This document shows, one piece after another, positions 40,416 through 49,593 of a stretch of DNA of 64,000 nt (its first letter is position 1; each line of letters starts with the position of its first letter). This DNA comes from Candidatus Woesebacteria bacterium UBA5941. Lineage in GTDB: Bacteria; Patescibacteriota; Microgenomatia; UBA8517. Location: the NCBI GenBank assembly GCA_002430735.1, contig DJCV01000008.1, positions 3,111-67,110 on the forward strand, written 5' to 3'. The translations under genes were made by a program, and so were the position numbers. The notes beneath the pieces were generated by a model, which saw nothing but the letters and a program-made list of their open reading frames with translations, was not told the DNA's origin and did not search any database.

Positions 40416-41894
40416 CTAATTAGTAAAACCGAACATTGGTCTCGAGAGATTTTGATTTTCTCCAGAGCAACTCTGAGCAATACTCTCCTTTGTATATTTA
40501 GCGTAATTAGGATAGATAAGTCCCAGAGCACCAAAACTTTTATCGATTCGGTCTACGAGGGAATGTGGGAAAACGATGGTATAAACTGGTGCTTCAGACA
40601 TTGGAAGATTGACATGGAGATTCTCATAATAAAACAGGTATCGATATCCAAGATCGTTTCCTGGAGAGGTAATATAGCTTACAGAGACACAAGGGTATCC
40701 TTTCTCTCGCGCATCTCGTGCAATTTCATGAACGATTGCTGCGCGGTGAATATATCCGCTGTTGTTAACTGGTTGTGTGAAAAAGCGATTTGCGTTTACG
40801 ACTGAAAAAAGAGCGAGCAGCAGTACCCCGAACACCATGGTATATGGACGCCTCCAGAAAAGCTCGATGACCAATGCTGGAATGAGGATCCACAATACTG
40901 TTAACCCATTTAAATAATATTCTGACAAGTTCAGCGGGTTTCGACTAAAGAAAATCGTATATAACGCTGTCCAAAAAACCATCAAGATACCCCATCGAAA
41001 GGTAATTTTGCGTAATATTACGAGCAATACAAACAACGCACTCATGATGACAAGCGGCGTCTTGTCGGCAAGCGTTATGTAGTTGCCCCAGTAAATTCCC
41101 TGTATGTTTTTGGCAAGGAGCGTTAGTGTGCGGTCCAGTTTTTCTCCAAAGTTGATCGCTGCGTGGCCGCTTGCAGAAAACAAAATGGCACGGGTTTGTA
41201 GAAATCCATTTCGTAGTTCAAAAACAATAAATGGGAGCATCGTACATAGCCCAACTAATAACGAATCTCTTACCATTCTGATGGAGGGCCGTGTTCGCGC
41301 CAAAATGAAAGCGGTGAAACTAACGGGGACTAACAAAACCAATGCAAGATTAAAATTCCAAGAAATAGCATAGAGAAACGCAGTTAGGACGAGTGCGAAA
41401 TATAAGCGTTTAGAGAGAAACAAATGAATAGAAAAGAGAAACCAAACAGACCAAAGCACAACAGGTGTCGTCGGAACTACTTCACGATCTGTCATTACCG
41501 TTAGAAATGAGAGTGCATACAGTAACGCACCGATGAGACCTACTCGTTCGGAGTAAATTCTTTTAAATACATACCAAATTGAACCAATAGTCGCAGCACC
41601 TGTTATTACGGAAAGGAGTATGCCCGAAGTCGGTGCCATTCCTTGCATGACGTATAGTGGTACAAGCAAGTAATACCACAAGGGTCCGATGAACACACCA
41701 TGAACGGATGTTTCTTGCCCAATGAGACGAGGATGATATCGCTCAACAATATCTCTCACGAACCACCCAGAGAGATCATGATCATGGCCATACATAAAAA
41801 GCTCATGTGCTCTCGTACTTCTGAAAAACACACCTAGAATTAATATGACAAAGATCCATGGACTGATCGTTTTTAGTTGAGTTAGATATTTCAT
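40416..41894 (-). CDS. ArnT/PMT-like GT-C glycosyltransferase (LIG..GP.YY subfamily)
   Basis: HDHD, LIGQETSVHGVFIGPLWYYL, many TM segments. Confidence 0.8.
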   Translation of the reverse strand: MKYLTQLKTISPWIFVILILGVFFRSTRAHELFMYGHDHDLSGWFVRDIVERYHPRLIGQETSVHGVFIGPLWYYLLVPLYVMQGMAPTSGILLSVITGAATIGSIWYVFKRIYSERVGLIGALLYALSFLTVMTDREVVPTTPVVLWSVWFLFSIHLFLSKRLYFALVLTAFLYAISWNFNLALVLLVPVSFTAFILARTRPSIRMVRDSLLVGLCTMLPFIVFELRNGFLQTRAILFSASGHAAINFGEKLDRTLTLLAKNIQGIYWGNYITLADKTPLVIMSALFVLLVILRKITFRWGILMVFWTALYTIFFSRNPLNLSEYYLNGLTVLWILIPALVIELFWRRPYTMVFGVLLLALFSVVNANRFFTQPVNNSGYIHRAAIVHEIARDAREKGYPCVSVSYITSPGNDLGYRYLFYYENLHVNLPMSEAPVYTIVFPHSLVDRIDKSFGALGLIYPNYAKYTKESIAQSCSGENQNLSRPMFGFTN

Positions 41895-43414
41895 TATTTA
41901 AGAAGTCTTTCTCTCCGCTGAACAGTAATACCACCAAACTTTGCTTCATACACTATTCGGCCTATCCCCTCTTGGCGTTTCATCCATGCACTTAATCGCT
42001 CAGGGTGTGGTGGGTCAACTTCATAAATGGTATATAAAAGTGATCGTTGATCTTCAACAATACCTTCCATACCTAGCCCATTTGTGTACCACCTACCGAG
42101 ATAGGTGTATGCATACGGGATAACTGGCGGAACATACGTGTCGATATTGAATTCGCTCCCTGCAGCATCGGTATATATCCAATCAAATACCTGCTTTTGA
42201 TTTCCAAATGCAATGGTTGTAGGACCATCAACACCATCGTGAATAAACGACCATGTTGGTTCAATATTCTGCTTGAAAGAAGTAATCAAAAATACTCCCG
42301 CGATCACGATCCCTATTGCCCAAATGCGCAAAGTCTCACGGAGTAATACTGCAACGAATAATATAAACAGTAAGTAGTAACCTGTGAGATAGTAGTCATA
42401 GATATTTCCTTCATTTCCTTGGAAAAACAACAACCCAATCACCGGCGACAATAGAATAATAAAAAGAGGAATTAAATACTTATTTTTAAGGAGTGCTGGA
42501 AGTTTCAATATTCCCACTCCAATAACGAGTAAAAACAAAACGCTCTCGAGAGAACCTTTTCGTAAAAATATTTTGCTATAGAATACGTCCCAAACAAACT
42601 GAAGTCGTTGTTGGGCAACTTCCCAAAACGACGCTTTAAAGCTTTCGTCAGCACCAAAAAATTTTGCGAGATTGTTGGAAAGGATATTATCGTGCTTCAA
42701 GTCAAAGATAACCAGTGGTGCAGCCGTTATTGCAAATGCAAAAATTGAGAAAACAATTATGAGTACTGATGGGAACTTCGGTTTACGTCTAAAGATACCG
42801 CATTGCCACAGTGCAAACACAAGAAGTGCTGGAAAATAGAAAAATTCCCCTGAAGAGCCAAAATGAAAGAGTGAGCTACCGGCGATAAAGCTGAGCGCTA
42901 TCCATGCCCACTGCTTACCTTTTTGAATAAGGAGCATTGAATACAAAAGCGCGAGTGATAAGAAAAGCATTGGCGTAGGGTTTGAAAGCCATCTACTCGC
43001 ATACATGATGTAAAACGAAAACGAAGCGAGAGTCACAGCAATAATTCCTGTTTTGCGATCAACGAGTTCTTTTCCAAGAATGTATAAGAGGACCAGTGCA
43101 GCTACTGTGGTAAGCGCCAAAAATATCGCTGGATAAACCGGATTACCGTTTCCCAGCCAATAAAAAGGTGCGATTAAGTAATAGTAAAATGGTCCCCTAA
43201 AAATTCCTGCGATACCAGTGGTCGGTCCAATCAGGAAAAATTTACCCTTCTCAAGGAGATCAGCAATGACCAACGCATCTCTCCCTTGATCATAATAAAA
43301 TCCTAATACCTGATCAGTACGAAATACTCGCAAAAAAGTAGCACTTACAAGAATAAATCCAAGAATGAAGTAATTTATTTTGTTCTGAAAAATCTCCGTT
43401 ATTATTTTTTTCAT
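41894..43414 (-). CDS. ArnT/PMT-like GT-C glycosyltransferase (start MKKIIT)
   Basis: YDQGRD, LIGPTTGIAGIFRGPFYYYL, SRWLSNP. Confidence 0.82.
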   Translation of the reverse strand: MKKIITEIFQNKINYFILGFILVSATFLRVFRTDQVLGFYYDQGRDALVIADLLEKGKFFLIGPTTGIAGIFRGPFYYYLIAPFYWLGNGNPVYPAIFLALTTVAALVLLYILGKELVDRKTGIIAVTLASFSFYIMYASRWLSNPTPMLFLSLALLYSMLLIQKGKQWAWIALSFIAGSSLFHFGSSGEFFYFPALLVFALWQCGIFRRKPKFPSVLIIVFSIFAFAITAAPLVIFDLKHDNILSNNLAKFFGADESFKASFWEVAQQRLQFVWDVFYSKIFLRKGSLESVLFLLVIGVGILKLPALLKNKYLIPLFIILLSPVIGLLFFQGNEGNIYDYYLTGYYLLFILFVAVLLRETLRIWAIGIVIAGVFLITSFKQNIEPTWSFIHDGVDGPTTIAFGNQKQVFDWIYTDAAGSEFNIDTYVPPVIPYAYTYLGRWYTNGLGMEGIVEDQRSLLYTIYEVDPPHPERLSAWMKRQEGIGRIVYEAKFGGITVQRRERLLK

Positions 43415-43415
43415 A

Positions 43416-44390
43416 TTAAGAAATAGATTTACATGCGCTGAGTACTTTATGTAACGCCTCATCAAAGCTCATTCCTCGAAGCCACGCACCGGATGCAGCT
43501 GGATGGCCTCCACCACCAAATTGTAGCGCAATCACAGATGTATCGACTCCTGTCCGAGAGCGAAAGCTCACCGAGACACTCCCGGGCTGCTCTTCGGTCA
43601 TAATAAAACTAAACGTTGAGTCTTTAATTTTAGAAAGAATTGCGCTTGCTGCTGTTTCTCGAGTTCCATAGATATGAACAAAGTCCTTATATTCATCGTA
43701 CGGAATGGCGACATACGTAAATCCTGTTTCATCTTTTGTTAATTTATTAATCACAACGCCCCAAAATTTTATTAACTCAAGAGGAAGGCTCTGGAACAAA
43801 TGAAAGTTAATTGTTGAGATATCTGCTCCTTTTTTAATCAGTTTATCTGCAGTTTCAAATGTTTTATCAAACACTTCAAATTGAAAAGATCCAGTATCTC
43901 CCAGTATTCCTGCAAGTAGGGCAGTTGCCATTGGCTTTGTTATTGAAACACCCCAATCATCAAAAATATTACAAAGCATTTCACATACTGAGCTTGTTTT
44001 GTAATCAAGCAAACTCATTTCACCGAACCCTTTATTGGATGTGTGATTATCTATAACAATAACGGGTATCTTTGGTTCCGTGAAATGAGGATCTATAAAG
44101 AGCCGGGACCAGTTTGAAGTATCACAAACAATAAATAAATCCCATTCATTAAAAGCAAAGTCTTCAAATTTATGTGTTTCGATTTTTTCTGAACCTTCAA
44201 TAAAAGATAGAAATGGTGGGATGTGATCTGGGCAGATTAATTTCACTGTCTTTCCCATATCCTCAAGCACGCGTCCTAAGGAAACAGCTGAACCGACAGT
44301 GTCGGAATCAGGATGATGATGACAGGATAAAAGTATCTTTTGGGCAGCGTTAATCTGATCTCGCATTACGGCAGACTCTGGGTAGTTCAT
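43416..44390 (-). CDS. nrnA: DHH/DHHA1 phosphoesterase (NrnA-like oligoribonuclease/pAp phosphatase)
   Basis: H..PDSD..GS, IDNH, GILGDTGSF, SFRS, GGGH..ASGA. Confidence 0.88.
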   Translation of the reverse strand: MNYPESAVMRDQINAAQKILLSCHHHPDSDTVGSAVSLGRVLEDMGKTVKLICPDHIPPFLSFIEGSEKIETHKFEDFAFNEWDLFIVCDTSNWSRLFIDPHFTEPKIPVIVIDNHTSNKGFGEMSLLDYKTSSVCEMLCNIFDDWGVSITKPMATALLAGILGDTGSFQFEVFDKTFETADKLIKKGADISTINFHLFQSLPLELIKFWGVVINKLTKDETGFTYVAIPYDEYKDFVHIYGTRETAASAILSKIKDSTFSFIMTEEQPGSVSVSFRSRTGVDTSVIALQFGGGGHPAASGAWLRGMSFDEALHKVLSACKSIS

Positions 44391-45997
44391 TTTGATTTCT
44401 TTAGGGTCGCACTTGGAGTTGAAGATGGTGTTGGATAGTCATGTACTAATTTAAAAATATTGACCCCTGAAACATTCCACGTGTTTTCTATTTTACTCCA
44501 GCCAAAATTCGCAATCTCTGCTTTAGCATTATGTGTCGGGTCACATTTCTCAACTGGTAATTCACATGCTACAAAAAGCTGAGGGGCAATCGTGTCTTTT
44601 GTGTTTTGAGGATCAATCACTCTAAAGCGAGGATTCCCATCTAAGAAGTACTGATATGCGCCCTCATAGTTTCGCTCTGCAATTACCGCGAAGTTAAACG
44701 TTTCTGTTCCGCTTTGATTCAAAATAAAATCAGCAACCTCCGTTGAACGTGGTAATTGTCTATTCGGCTGATATTGAAGCGGTGATGCTTTGAGATTTAC
44801 CCATACTAATAACATCAATGCTGCAACCGTCCACCACATGCCGCGAAATCGATATTTATGGGAAATATACCCAAGTACCGCACCTATCAATATAAAGGGA
44901 ATAACGAACAAAAAGCCATAGTAATGATCATAAATCTGCTGTTTATAAAGTGCTAATCCCAGTAGCCCTGTCCCCAACCACACGAGAAGCAATAAAACAG
45001 CCTTTTTCTCTTTCGTAAACGCAAACCGACGTGCACCGTTCAACAAGAGAAATGCACTCGCGAGCACTGATAATGCAATCCACTGCCCGACCTCAGGTTC
45101 GTACCCTCCTACTAACCGGGTGGTTATTTCAGATAATTGAGGGAAAATGCCAGGCAAAGCCTTCCATGGCTTTATAGAAACGGTTGTTTGTCGCTCAGTA
45201 AAAAATACTTTGATGGCATTAAAGTTCATCCAATTGTGGCGATAATCAAAGATCGCCAATGGTGACATTAAGATTAGGAATAACACTCCTGCCAATACAC
45301 TCCAGAGAAGAAACTGTTTATAAGGCTTTCTGTTCTTTACGATTTCAATAACACTCAACAACCAGAAAATCCCTACCGGCATAAAAAGGAGTAATGCTAG
45401 ATAATGCGATTGCAAAGAAGCAGCCAAGGAAACTGCCGCAACAGGTATCCAGCGGTATTGTTTCTCATGCCATACTTTCCAAATAGCCCACATAGCAAGC
45501 AATGAAAAGAATGGAAGAATGTTCGGATTCCAAGAGGATCGACTATAGATAATGACAGTTGGTGATAACGCATAGATAAGCGCAGCTACGACTGCGGCTG
45601 TTTTTCCAAACCATGCACGCGTTACGAACCATACAAACCATACGGTGAAAATTCCAAGAAGCGCAACTCCTACCGCAGGTCCAACTGGTGAATAATTGGC
45701 AATAAACAAAAATGGTGCCATTAAATAGTAGTACAAAGGTCCGAGATACATATTTCCGATAGATGTTCCTGGACCAATAAGCATTATGTCCCCTTGTGTT
45801 AGAAACCTTCTGACAATAATGACATCTCGCCCCTCATCGCCTAAGAATGTTAAGTAATCTCCTATGCGGTAGAGTCGGCAAAAAGCAGCTACAAATAAAA
45901 TGAGTGCGAGAATAAACGCTTCTGACTTATGTGCAACGCACCAGTTACGGAGCGATTGTATAAAATGAGCTAGTTTATTTATCGAAGCTTGAACCAT
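44387..45997 (-). CDS. ArnT/PMT-like GT-C glycosyltransferase
   Basis: LGDEGRD, LIGPGTSIGNMYLGPLYYYL, SRSSWNPN. Confidence 0.85.
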   Translation of the reverse strand: MVQASINKLAHFIQSLRNWCVAHKSEAFILALILFVAAFCRLYRIGDYLTFLGDEGRDVIIVRRFLTQGDIMLIGPGTSIGNMYLGPLYYYLMAPFLFIANYSPVGPAVGVALLGIFTVWFVWFVTRAWFGKTAAVVAALIYALSPTVIIYSRSSWNPNILPFFSLLAMWAIWKVWHEKQYRWIPVAAVSLAASLQSHYLALLLFMPVGIFWLLSVIEIVKNRKPYKQFLLWSVLAGVLFLILMSPLAIFDYRHNWMNFNAIKVFFTERQTTVSIKPWKALPGIFPQLSEITTRLVGGYEPEVGQWIALSVLASAFLLLNGARRFAFTKEKKAVLLLLVWLGTGLLGLALYKQQIYDHYYGFLFVIPFILIGAVLGYISHKYRFRGMWWTVAALMLLVWVNLKASPLQYQPNRQLPRSTEVADFILNQSGTETFNFAVIAERNYEGAYQYFLDGNPRFRVIDPQNTKDTIAPQLFVACELPVEKCDPTHNAKAEIANFGWSKIENTWNVSGVNIFKLVHDYPTPSSTPSATLKKSK

Positions 45998-46683
45998 AAC
46001 TTAAATAAGTCTTTGAAACTTTGAATAATGACATTTAAATCACGACCAGTACCAGAACCTTTTGTTCTTGGATAGTGATTCACTGGTATTTCGACAATCT
46101 TGAACCCATATCGCTTAGATTTAATAAGGAATTCACTACTAATAAAGGCACCACGTTCGCTTTCCAGTTGTGGTATTTTATCAACCACTTTTTTAGAGAT
46201 AAGTTTAAATCCACAATCAATATCGGTAACTTTCAAACCAAATAGCAAGAAGACCGCCATTTCCCATAATTTACTTGTTAATATTTTAAATGTTGAGACC
46301 TGTCTTTTTTTATAATACCCAACAACCAAATCAGCTTTTGTTTTTCGTTGGGTCTCAATAAAATTTGTTACCTCTGAAAAATCAAACTGTCCGTCTGCAT
46401 CTGTAAATGTGATCCACTCATATGCTGCGTTATAAAGGCCGCTTTTTAGAGCGGCACCGTATCCTCTGTTTACTTCATGGTGAATGGGGCGTACATGTTT
46501 GTGTTTCTTGGCAATAGCATCAATTACCTTTCCAGTTTTATCTTTTGAACCATCATTAATAATGAGGATCTCCCATTTTGAAGCAACCGTTGGAAGAACT
46601 GTAATAGCCTTTTCTACCGTTTCAGTAATATTTGCTTCCTCGTTATAAGCCGGAAAAAAGACTGTCAGCTCTGGAACTTTCAT
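45979..46683 (-). CDS. GT2 polyprenyl-phosphate glycosyltransferase (DPM/DPG synthase-like)
   Basis: PAYNEE, NDGSKD, NRGYG, DADGQF, DIDCGFKL, VNHYPR. Confidence 0.88.
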   Translation of the reverse strand: MKVPELTVFFPAYNEEANITETVEKAITVLPTVASKWEILIINDGSKDKTGKVIDAIAKKHKHVRPIHHEVNRGYGAALKSGLYNAAYEWITFTDADGQFDFSEVTNFIETQRKTKADLVVGYYKKRQVSTFKILTSKLWEMAVFLLFGLKVTDIDCGFKLISKKVVDKIPQLESERGAFISSEFLIKSKRYGFKIVEIPVNHYPRTKGSGTGRDLNVIIQSFKDLFKLWFKLR

Positions 46684-46731
46684 GTTATGGCTAGTCTAGC
46701 ACATACAACCCGTTACGTGGTACCATTGACC

Positions 46732-47886
46732 ATGAAATTTCGTTCATACGCATTGGTTCTCTTAATGAGCCTAGTGCCGACGCTTATTTTGTGGGTACCC
46801 TTTTACTTCCAGCTCCCATCTGTGTGGGGTATCCCTATTCCAAAAGGTGGAATGCAGCTAATTGTTGGAAACTACGATGGTCCACTTTATATAGTAGTTG
46901 CGAAATCCCTCTACGCGAAGGAGCTCATTCTTGGAAACTTCTCGTTTAATCTTCCGTATGAATACTATGCGGCTCATTTTCCGCTCTTTCCACTTCTCAT
47001 CAGGTTTTTTGCAACCGCAAGTGGTTATCCATGGGGAATGCTCATTACAACGGTTCTCGGCAGCTTCTTTGCGCACGTTATGTTTTATAAGCTCATCAAA
47101 GAGTATGTCTCCGAGGAACATTCACTCTGGCTTACCTTTGTGTTTGCACTCTTTCCAGCACGTTGGCTGATCGTACGATCAGTAGGCTCACCAGAGCCAC
47201 TTTTTATAGGTGCAATTATTGCAGCACTATTCTATTTCAGAAAAAAGCAGTACTTGCTTGCCGGGTTATTTGGTGCAATAGCGCAAGCTACCAAATCACC
47301 AGGCATACTTCTTTTTATTGCTCTTTCAATCGCAGTCATTCTTCCTCGACTACATAGACTCGCGCTCACGAATGATTTGAAGAAATGGATACAAACATTC
47401 CATTGGAATGTAGTGTTTCTTTCGCTTATTCCATTATCACTTGCAGCGGTCTTTTATGGCTATCAGTTAACGTTTGGTGATTTTCTCGCGTATTTTAAGT
47501 CTGGAGATAATATCCATTTGTTCTTTCCACCGTTTCAGATTTTTAACTACAGCCAACCGTGGGTAAACACACATTGGCTTGAAGAAATAATTTTCATCTA
47601 TTTATTTGGTGCTATTGGCATTATCAAGCTCTTAAGAGACAAAGACTGGGCGTTAGCAAGTTTTGTCGGAGTATACTTCTTTACTACGCTGTTTGTGTCA
47701 CACAGAGACTTACTAAGGTACAGTTTACCAATGGTTCCATTCCTTATTGTTGCATTTCGTCGTGAGCTCGTTAAAAAGGAAGTGCTTATTGGTGGGGCTG
47801 TTATATTAATTCCAATCTTTTTATATAGTTATGCCTTTATCTCAAATAACATAATGCCGATTGGAGACTGGGGGCCATTTTTATAA
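46732..47886 (+). CDS. GT-C glycosyltransferase, PIG-V-like (start MKFRSY)
   Basis: NYDGPLY..VA, HFPLFP, SPEPLF, TK.PG, RY; TGGTACCAT 5 nt before ATG. Confidence 0.72.
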   Translation: MKFRSYALVLLMSLVPTLILWVPFYFQLPSVWGIPIPKGGMQLIVGNYDGPLYIVVAKSLYAKELILGNFSFNLPYEYYAAHFPLFPLLIRFFATASGYPWGMLITTVLGSFFAHVMFYKLIKEYVSEEHSLWLTFVFALFPARWLIVRSVGSPEPLFIGAIIAALFYFRKKQYLLAGLFGAIAQATKSPGILLFIALSIAVILPRLHRLALTNDLKKWIQTFHWNVVFLSLIPLSLAAVFYGYQLTFGDFLAYFKSGDNIHLFFPPFQIFNYSQPWVNTHWLEEIIFIYLFGAIGIIKLLRDKDWALASFVGVYFFTTLFVSHRDLLRYSLPMVPFLIVAFRRELVKKEVLIGGAVILIPIFLYSYAFISNNIMPIGDWGPFL

Positions 47887-48723
47887 TGCGCTAACGAGCG
47901 AGAGGTTCAAGCCTGAGGTTCGTGGAAGGACAACTTCTTTTGCAAATAACGATTCTGTGTACGCTTCAAGTATTTCCTTTACCCCTACTCGCGTGGAGAA
48001 CGCATCATGTAACACATCCGAGACATACATGAACTTATGGTCAGTCAGTTTATGGCTACTAAATGAATAGCCATACGGAAGCCTCAGTTGGAAACAAGAA
48101 ACTTCTACATCAAGCAAATAATATGTAAAGAACCGATATGAGAGTCGAGACACCATTTCGTCTACAAATCTTCTGTCTGAAAAACACCCATTAATTGCAT
48201 GGTTTTCGAGGACCTCTTGCTGGATAACACGAAAGATGCGGTCATTTGTCGTATCTCGTGGCGAGGAGAATGTCATTGGAATGGTATTAATGCCAGCGAC
48301 TTTTCCGTACATTGGATTGCTAAAGATTTCTCTCGCGATGAGCACTTGATGGGGATCGTTCTCACTGCTCACAATTACTGCAGTCGCTTTACGGTGAGGG
48401 ATTGATTGTTCGATGCGATCGTATATTCGGTGCAAGGTTGAAATTGAAGTTTTAAAGTCGGAAGGCATTCGTTTGTATAACCGTTCAAGCGGTGTGCCGG
48501 GTTCCATCTGCTTCATGCGAAAAAAGTGGAGCGCTTCTGTTAGATTTGTGTGCCTTCCTGCGGATCCAACAATCCCATACCGTGTGAGCCTTCGGTGATA
48601 GTCAGCAAATGAAAAAGGGACGGTTGAATCAACACCAAGAATCGCCTCTTCCACTGAACCATACTGAAAATATCTCTTAATGAGCCATTCGTCGCTATAG
48701 CGGACGATAGTCTTTTTTTCCAT
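47881..48723 (-). CDS. Hypothetical protein; possible tandem HTH plus degenerate NUDIX-like domain
   Basis: SFADYHRRLTRYG and SISTLHRIYDRI helices; ATAVIV..VLIARE..TIP..RVIQQEV. Confidence 0.6.
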   Translation of the reverse strand: MEKKTIVRYSDEWLIKRYFQYGSVEEAILGVDSTVPFSFADYHRRLTRYGIVGSAGRHTNLTEALHFFRMKQMEPGTPLERLYKRMPSDFKTSISTLHRIYDRIEQSIPHRKATAVIVSSENDPHQVLIAREIFSNPMYGKVAGINTIPMTFSSPRDTTNDRIFRVIQQEVLENHAINGCFSDRRFVDEMVSRLSYRFFTYYLLDVEVSCFQLRLPYGYSFSSHKLTDHKFMYVSDVLHDAFSTRVGVKEILEAYTESLFAKEVVLPRTSGLNLSLVSAL

Positions 48724-48737
48724 ATCTTTCGTATTGT

Positions 48738-49037
48738 ATGCCTACATCTTCGTATTTACAGCTATTTTTGCAAAATAGAGAGACTTTGAGAGAAGTCGTG
48801 GGCGACAATAGCACAACGGTGAGTGAAAGGATACGAAGAATGCAAATTTCAAGACACTGGAGAATGAATCCGCAGCGGTACCGTCTGCAAGGAGTCAGAT
48901 ACGCAAATGGTGAAGTAAGCCTCCAGGCGAGACCAAATCCGCCTTCCGGCAATGTAGAAACAATTGACCAACAGACGAAGCAAAGCGAAACAGATACGAG
49001 AAGCGTCATCTCACCCGTTGAACAGGTCGCGTCTTAA
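48738..49037 (+). CDS. Hypothetical small protein (start uncertain)
   Basis: ORF fills the gap and its stop lies in a hairpin loop; no recognisable motif. Confidence 0.4.
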   Translation: MPTSSYLQLFLQNRETLREVVGDNSTTVSERIRRMQISRHWRMNPQRYRLQGVRYANGEVSLQARPNPPSGNVETIDQQTKQSETDTRSVISPVEQVAS

Positions 49038-49054
49038 CACGCGACCTATATTTT
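49024..49054 (+). terminator. Hairpin, possible terminator
   Basis: AGGTCGCGT-N6-ACGCGACCT followed by ATATTTT. Confidence 0.55.
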
Positions 49055-49113
49055 GCCTATAGCAAATAAAAAGAGTATAATTACACATCGGTTTTGAATG
49101 TATAGCAAGGAGG
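49053..49113 (+). promoter_or_regulatory. Sigma70 promoter plus strong SD
   Basis: TTGCCT-N17-TATAAT; AAGGAGG at 49107-49113, 5 nt before GTG 49119. Confidence 0.7.
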
Positions 49114-49118
49114 CTATT

Positions 49119-49529
49119 GTGAGAAAAATCGATATTTTGTGCCTGAATCGGTACACTGAGATGCTCGCGGTACTGGTGAATAGGCTCAGTGAGCGTACCG
49201 GGAAAATCGTTTCCGGGTGTTTGGAAGCCCGTCCTGAATCCTTGTCCTTTTATTTCCAAGAGGACCCAGACGTGTTCGTCCTGGACGTTTTGGATGATGA
49301 GTCATTGGATGAAGCGGAGCAGTTTCTTGTCAATTCAGGCGATTTCAACTTATTGCGAAACGTCCCGACCATTGTAATGGTGGGCAAAGGACTTGACCCG
49401 CAAATAGTTGAACCGAAGATTCGAAAAGCCGGGGGCGGCATTCGCCCATATACGTTTTTTGTGAGGGGTCATGGTGACATTGAAATTTTGGCGCAACACG
49501 TCACGATGGCACTCCCGCAGCCGGCATAG
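49119..49529 (+). CDS. Atypical single-domain receiver (CheY-like) protein
   Basis: PDVFVLDV, LRNVPTIVMVG, beta/alpha alternation; SD-led GTG start. Confidence 0.6.
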   Translation: MRKIDILCLNRYTEMLAVLVNRLSERTGKIVSGCLEARPESLSFYFQEDPDVFVLDVLDDESLDEAEQFLVNSGDFNLLRNVPTIVMVGKGLDPQIVEPKIRKAGGGIRPYTFFVRGHGDIEILAQHVTMALPQPA

Positions 49530-49548
49530 AGGTTCCCCTGTGGAATCA

Positions 49549-49582
49549 GCCGTGCGAGACACGATAATCGCACGGTTTTTTT
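49549..49582 (+). terminator. Intrinsic terminator
   Basis: CCGTGCGA-N10-TCGCACGG followed by T7. Confidence 0.85.
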
Positions 49583-49593
49583 GTGCAAAAAAA

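Noticed and set aside
48695-49259. Minus-strand ORFs 48695..49009 and 49011..49259
   Set aside because: Terminator, promoter and SD signals favour the plus-strand ORFs
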